Assembly (NCBI GenBank): GCA_963711565.1
Contig: CAVQEQ010000002.1
Span: 1-64,000, forward strand
Direction: 5' to 3'
DNA: 64,000 bases
Origin: an uncultured delta proteobacterium
GTDB taxonomy: Bacteria > Desulfobacterota > Binatia > Binatales > Binataceae
Each line of letters begins with the position of its first letter. Within the stretch, counting starts at the first letter, position 1. The translations under genes were made by a program, and so were the position numbers. Below the pieces are notes generated by a model. The model saw only the letters and a list, made by a program, of their open reading frames with translations, did not search any database and was not told the origin of the DNA. Shown in pieces: positions 61,501 to 64,000 of this stretch.

Positions 61501-61941
61501 ATGGCCAAGCAAATTTATTTCGAAGACGTCGAAGTCGGCACTGAGATCGGCCCGCTCGAAAAAAATCCGACGACGCAGCAGCTCGTCAGGTACGCCGGCG
61601 CGTCGGGCGACTTCTATCAAATCCATTACGACAAGGATTTCGCGCTCGGCAACGGCCTGCCCGGCGTAATCTTGCACGGCGCGTTGAAGAACGCGTTCCT
61701 CGGCCACCTGATGACCGACTTCGCCGGCGAGCTCGGATGGCTGCGCAAACTCGGCGTGCAGTACCGCGGGATGGATCAGCCGGGGACCAAGGTCGTCGCG
61801 CGCGGCAAGGTCTCGAAGAAATACACCGACGGCGGCTACAACCTGGTCGATTGCGAAATCTGGCTCGAGAACGCGAAAGGCGAGAAGACGACCCCCGGCA
61901 CCGCCACCGTCATTCTGCCCTCGCGCGCCGCGAGTCGATGA
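61501..61941 (+). CDS. MaoC-family dehydratase
   Basis: YAGASGDFYQIHYD, ILHG. Confidence 0.88.
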   Translation: MAKQIYFEDVEVGTEIGPLEKNPTTQQLVRYAGASGDFYQIHYDKDFALGNGLPGVILHGALKNAFLGHLMTDFAGELGWLRKLGVQYRGMDQPGTKVVARGKVSKKYTDGGYNLVDCEIWLENAKGEKTTPGTATVILPSRAASR

Positions 61942-61952
61942 GGTAACCCGCG

Positions 61953-62711
61953 ATGCCGATCCGGCGCGAATTTCCGCCGCGATCGCTGAACGCCGAGGCT
62001 CTCAACGAGGGCCGCGTCGATTCGCATTACACCAAGGTGCTGCTGCGCCTGCTCGCCGCGCACGCGATGGCCGAGAAGCTGACGGCGCTCGGCTACCAGC
62101 GCGCGCTCGCGACGCTCGACAATCCCGAGCTGCGCCCAATCGTCGAGAAAAATTTCGCCGAAGAAAAGAAACACGCGCGGCTCATCTACGACGCCCTTGA
62201 AGAACTCGGGATGTCGCAGCAGGCCGCCGACCGCTCGATGGTCGCCGTGCTCAAGGCGCCGTCGTTCGACGCGCCCAGTTACTTCGCCTCGAAGGCCGAA
62301 GGCGAGCTCGACCTGCTGATGGCGTCGCTCAGCCTCGACACCACCGGCCTAATCATGATCGGCGAGAACTACCGCGAGTCGAGCTACGTGCCGCATGCGC
62401 GCGCCGCCGAAATAATTCTCGACGAGGAAGCGGACCACGAAATTTTCGCCTCGCGGCAGCTCGGCGACGCGGTCGATCGCTTCGGCGTCAAGTCGGTCAA
62501 CACCGCACTCCGCCGATGGATCCCGCGCGCGGTGAACTTCTTCGGCCCGCCCGGCACCGGCTTCACCTACGACTGCATCCGCTACGGCCTGAAGTCCCGC
62601 GACAACGAAGAACTCGCCGAGTTATATGTCACGATGCTGTCTAGGCGGTGCGAACAGCTAGGCCTCGAGATGCCCGGGCTTACTGCAGCCTATCCCCACA
62701 CTCTCGCGTGA
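61953..62711 (+). CDS. PaaA/PaaC-like ferritin-fold di-iron protein
   Basis: EEKKH and EEADH (ExxH) motifs, SSYVP, FFGPP. Confidence 0.7.
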   Translation: MPIRREFPPRSLNAEALNEGRVDSHYTKVLLRLLAAHAMAEKLTALGYQRALATLDNPELRPIVEKNFAEEKKHARLIYDALEELGMSQQAADRSMVAVLKAPSFDAPSYFASKAEGELDLLMASLSLDTTGLIMIGENYRESSYVPHARAAEIILDEEADHEIFASRQLGDAVDRFGVKSVNTALRRWIPRAVNFFGPPGTGFTYDCIRYGLKSRDNEELAELYVTMLSRRCEQLGLEMPGLTAAYPHTLA

Positions 62712-62746
62712 CTCCTTCTTACCTCGGCCGTTACACGGGAGAGGCG

Positions 62747-62767
62747 GCCGACCGCATCGCGGTCGGC
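62747..62767. repeat. 9-bp intergenic hairpin (terminator- or REP-like)
   Basis: GCCGACCGC-ATC-GCGGTCGGC between convergent genes. Confidence 0.45.
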
Positions 62768-62815
62768 GGTGAAGGTGCTGCGATCGGAGCAATGTGCGGG
62801 CAGTAAGAGGCCGTT

Positions 62816-63626
62816 TCAGGATCTTACTAGACCCCACTCGATTCGCGTCTGCACGTTGAACGTGAGCATCCCGTCGCGAGCGTAGCGGTTCAGGATCGCG
62901 ATCATCGCGGAGTCGAACTCCTGCGATGCCTTCTCACCCAGATGATCTTCGGACCACGTCGCGCGCGAGTGCTGGCAGCCGAGATAGTCGGCGATGCTCT
63001 GTGAGAACGCGACCGGCGCAGTGATGCGATGACCGAGCGGCTCGAATGCCGGATGCACCAGCAGCGGCTCGGCCAATCGTTCACGCATAGTCCTCCACCA
63101 ACCCCGGGGGCGTCCCTCGTGAGCTGCAAGAAAGTCGATCATGAAGGCCGTCTCTGCGCGCTCCCACGGCGGATCGACGGGAGCGTCGCCGTCGAGCAAG
63201 GCCAGCATCGCTCCGTCGGCCAACGCATCGGCAAAGCGCGGCAGAGTTCGCTCGAGATCCATCCAGTGAATACTCAACCCCGCAACTGTCAGCCCGTATG
63301 GCGGATCCAGTTGAGCCTCTTCTATGGTCGGAATGCATCCAACGGATCTTTGCGCTGTCAGCGCCGGGAAGACGGCGCGCCACTCGCAGCATCGCGTCCG
63401 ACGGATCGACGGCGTCCGCGCGATCGATCCGGTCGATCAGGCCGAGGGTGATTTTTCCGGGCCCGCATCCCGCATCGAGCAGGACTCGTGGTTGCCCTAG
63501 CAGCAACTCCAGCAGCACGTCGTACACTTCCGCCGGATGCGGCGGTCGAAGCAGATAGTTCTCCGCCATCCGCTCGGCGGAAAAGCGGCGCCCCAGCGCT
63601 CGGTACTTGGCGGCCTCGTCGCTCAC
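62816..63626 (-). pseudogene. Class I SAM methyltransferase, frameshift near 63330
   Basis: LDAGCGPG, AVDPSDAM; removing one base joins to TIEEAQL...SIHWMD. Confidence 0.75.
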
Positions 63627-63644
63627 AACTTATTTATCGCTTGA

Positions 63645-64000
63645 TCAGTCGGTGGCGTCGAGCGCTCGCAGAGCGAGGCCGCGCGCGACGGATGTGAACT
63701 CGTCGCCCATGCGGATTCGATCGGCGCCGAAGCGCTCGATGAAGATGCGCCGCACCGCGGGCACGAACGACGACCCTCCCGTCAGGAACACGCTGTCGAT
63801 AGCGTCGGGCCTCAGCGCGACCGTCTTCATCAGCCGATCGACGCATCCGGCGATCTGTTCGAGGTAGCGCGCGATCCAATTCTCGAAATCCGGGCGCACA
63901 ACTATCTTTTCGATCGAAACCGGCGGATCGGAAAACCGGAAGTCCGCCGCTTCCAGCGCGGACAACTCGAGCTTGGTCTTCTCGACCGCGCGAAACAGGA
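63645..64000 (-). CDS. Hsp70-family protein (YegD-like), 5'-truncated by window
   Basis: VFLTGGSSFVPAVR, FTSVARGLA. Confidence 0.88.
   Translation of the reverse strand, partial: LFRAVEKTKLELSALEAADFRFSDPPVSIEKIVVRPDFENWIARYLEQIAGCVDRLMKTVALRPDAIDSVFLTGGSSFVPAVRRIFIERFGADRIRMGDEFTSVARGLALRALDATD

Noticed and set aside
47322-61707. Numerous long antisense ORFs in the host region
   Set aside because: Expected shadows of high-GC coding sequence, with no recognisable motifs.
1-64000. Genome-wide UGA reassignment
   Set aside because: Many genes end correctly at TGA, including ATGA overlaps in CBASS.
1-64000. CRISPR array or rRNA
   Set aside because: No regularly spaced repeat-spacer units or rRNA-like sequence seen by eye.

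Overview
Bases 1-45170 are the right-hand part of an integrative conjugative element (ICE) that ends at a duplicated 3' fragment of tRNA-Thr(CGT), next to a tyrosine integrase and an excisionase. It carries a P-type Trb conjugation block (trbB-C-D-E-J-K-L), an ssb-ardC block and dense defence cargo. The cargo includes a complete type III CBASS (Cap6, Cap8, Cap7, CdnD, NucC) with CapH/CapP-like regulators, a Menshen-like trio, two Fic proteins and a Brig1/UDG-like glycosylase. There is also a BrnT toxin whose antitoxin is fused in frame to a SNF2 helicase, followed by a sacsin-HNH protein. The best candidate for an undescribed system is an 11.5-kb minus-strand operon: HTH, C5 cytosine methyltransferase, DptF-like ATPase, DptG-like protein, a 1737-aa DptH-like protein ending in a complete RuvB module, and a Mig-like T:G glycosylase. 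This looks like a DndFGH-type restriction module coupled to 5mC instead of phosphorothioate. Three independent gene-breaking substitutions in the island all read as GTCGAC->GTTGAC, which points to 5mC at GTCGAC. A sigma54 promoter and candidate enhancer precede the excisionase, near an island-encoded receiver-less sigma54 activator. Bases 45171-64000 are ordinary host chromosome (pcaCHGB, MetE-like, CoA transferase, antiporter, MaoC pair and others). Three single-base frameshifts suggest an imperfectly polished assembly. All family calls come from motif recognition by eye; no searches were run.
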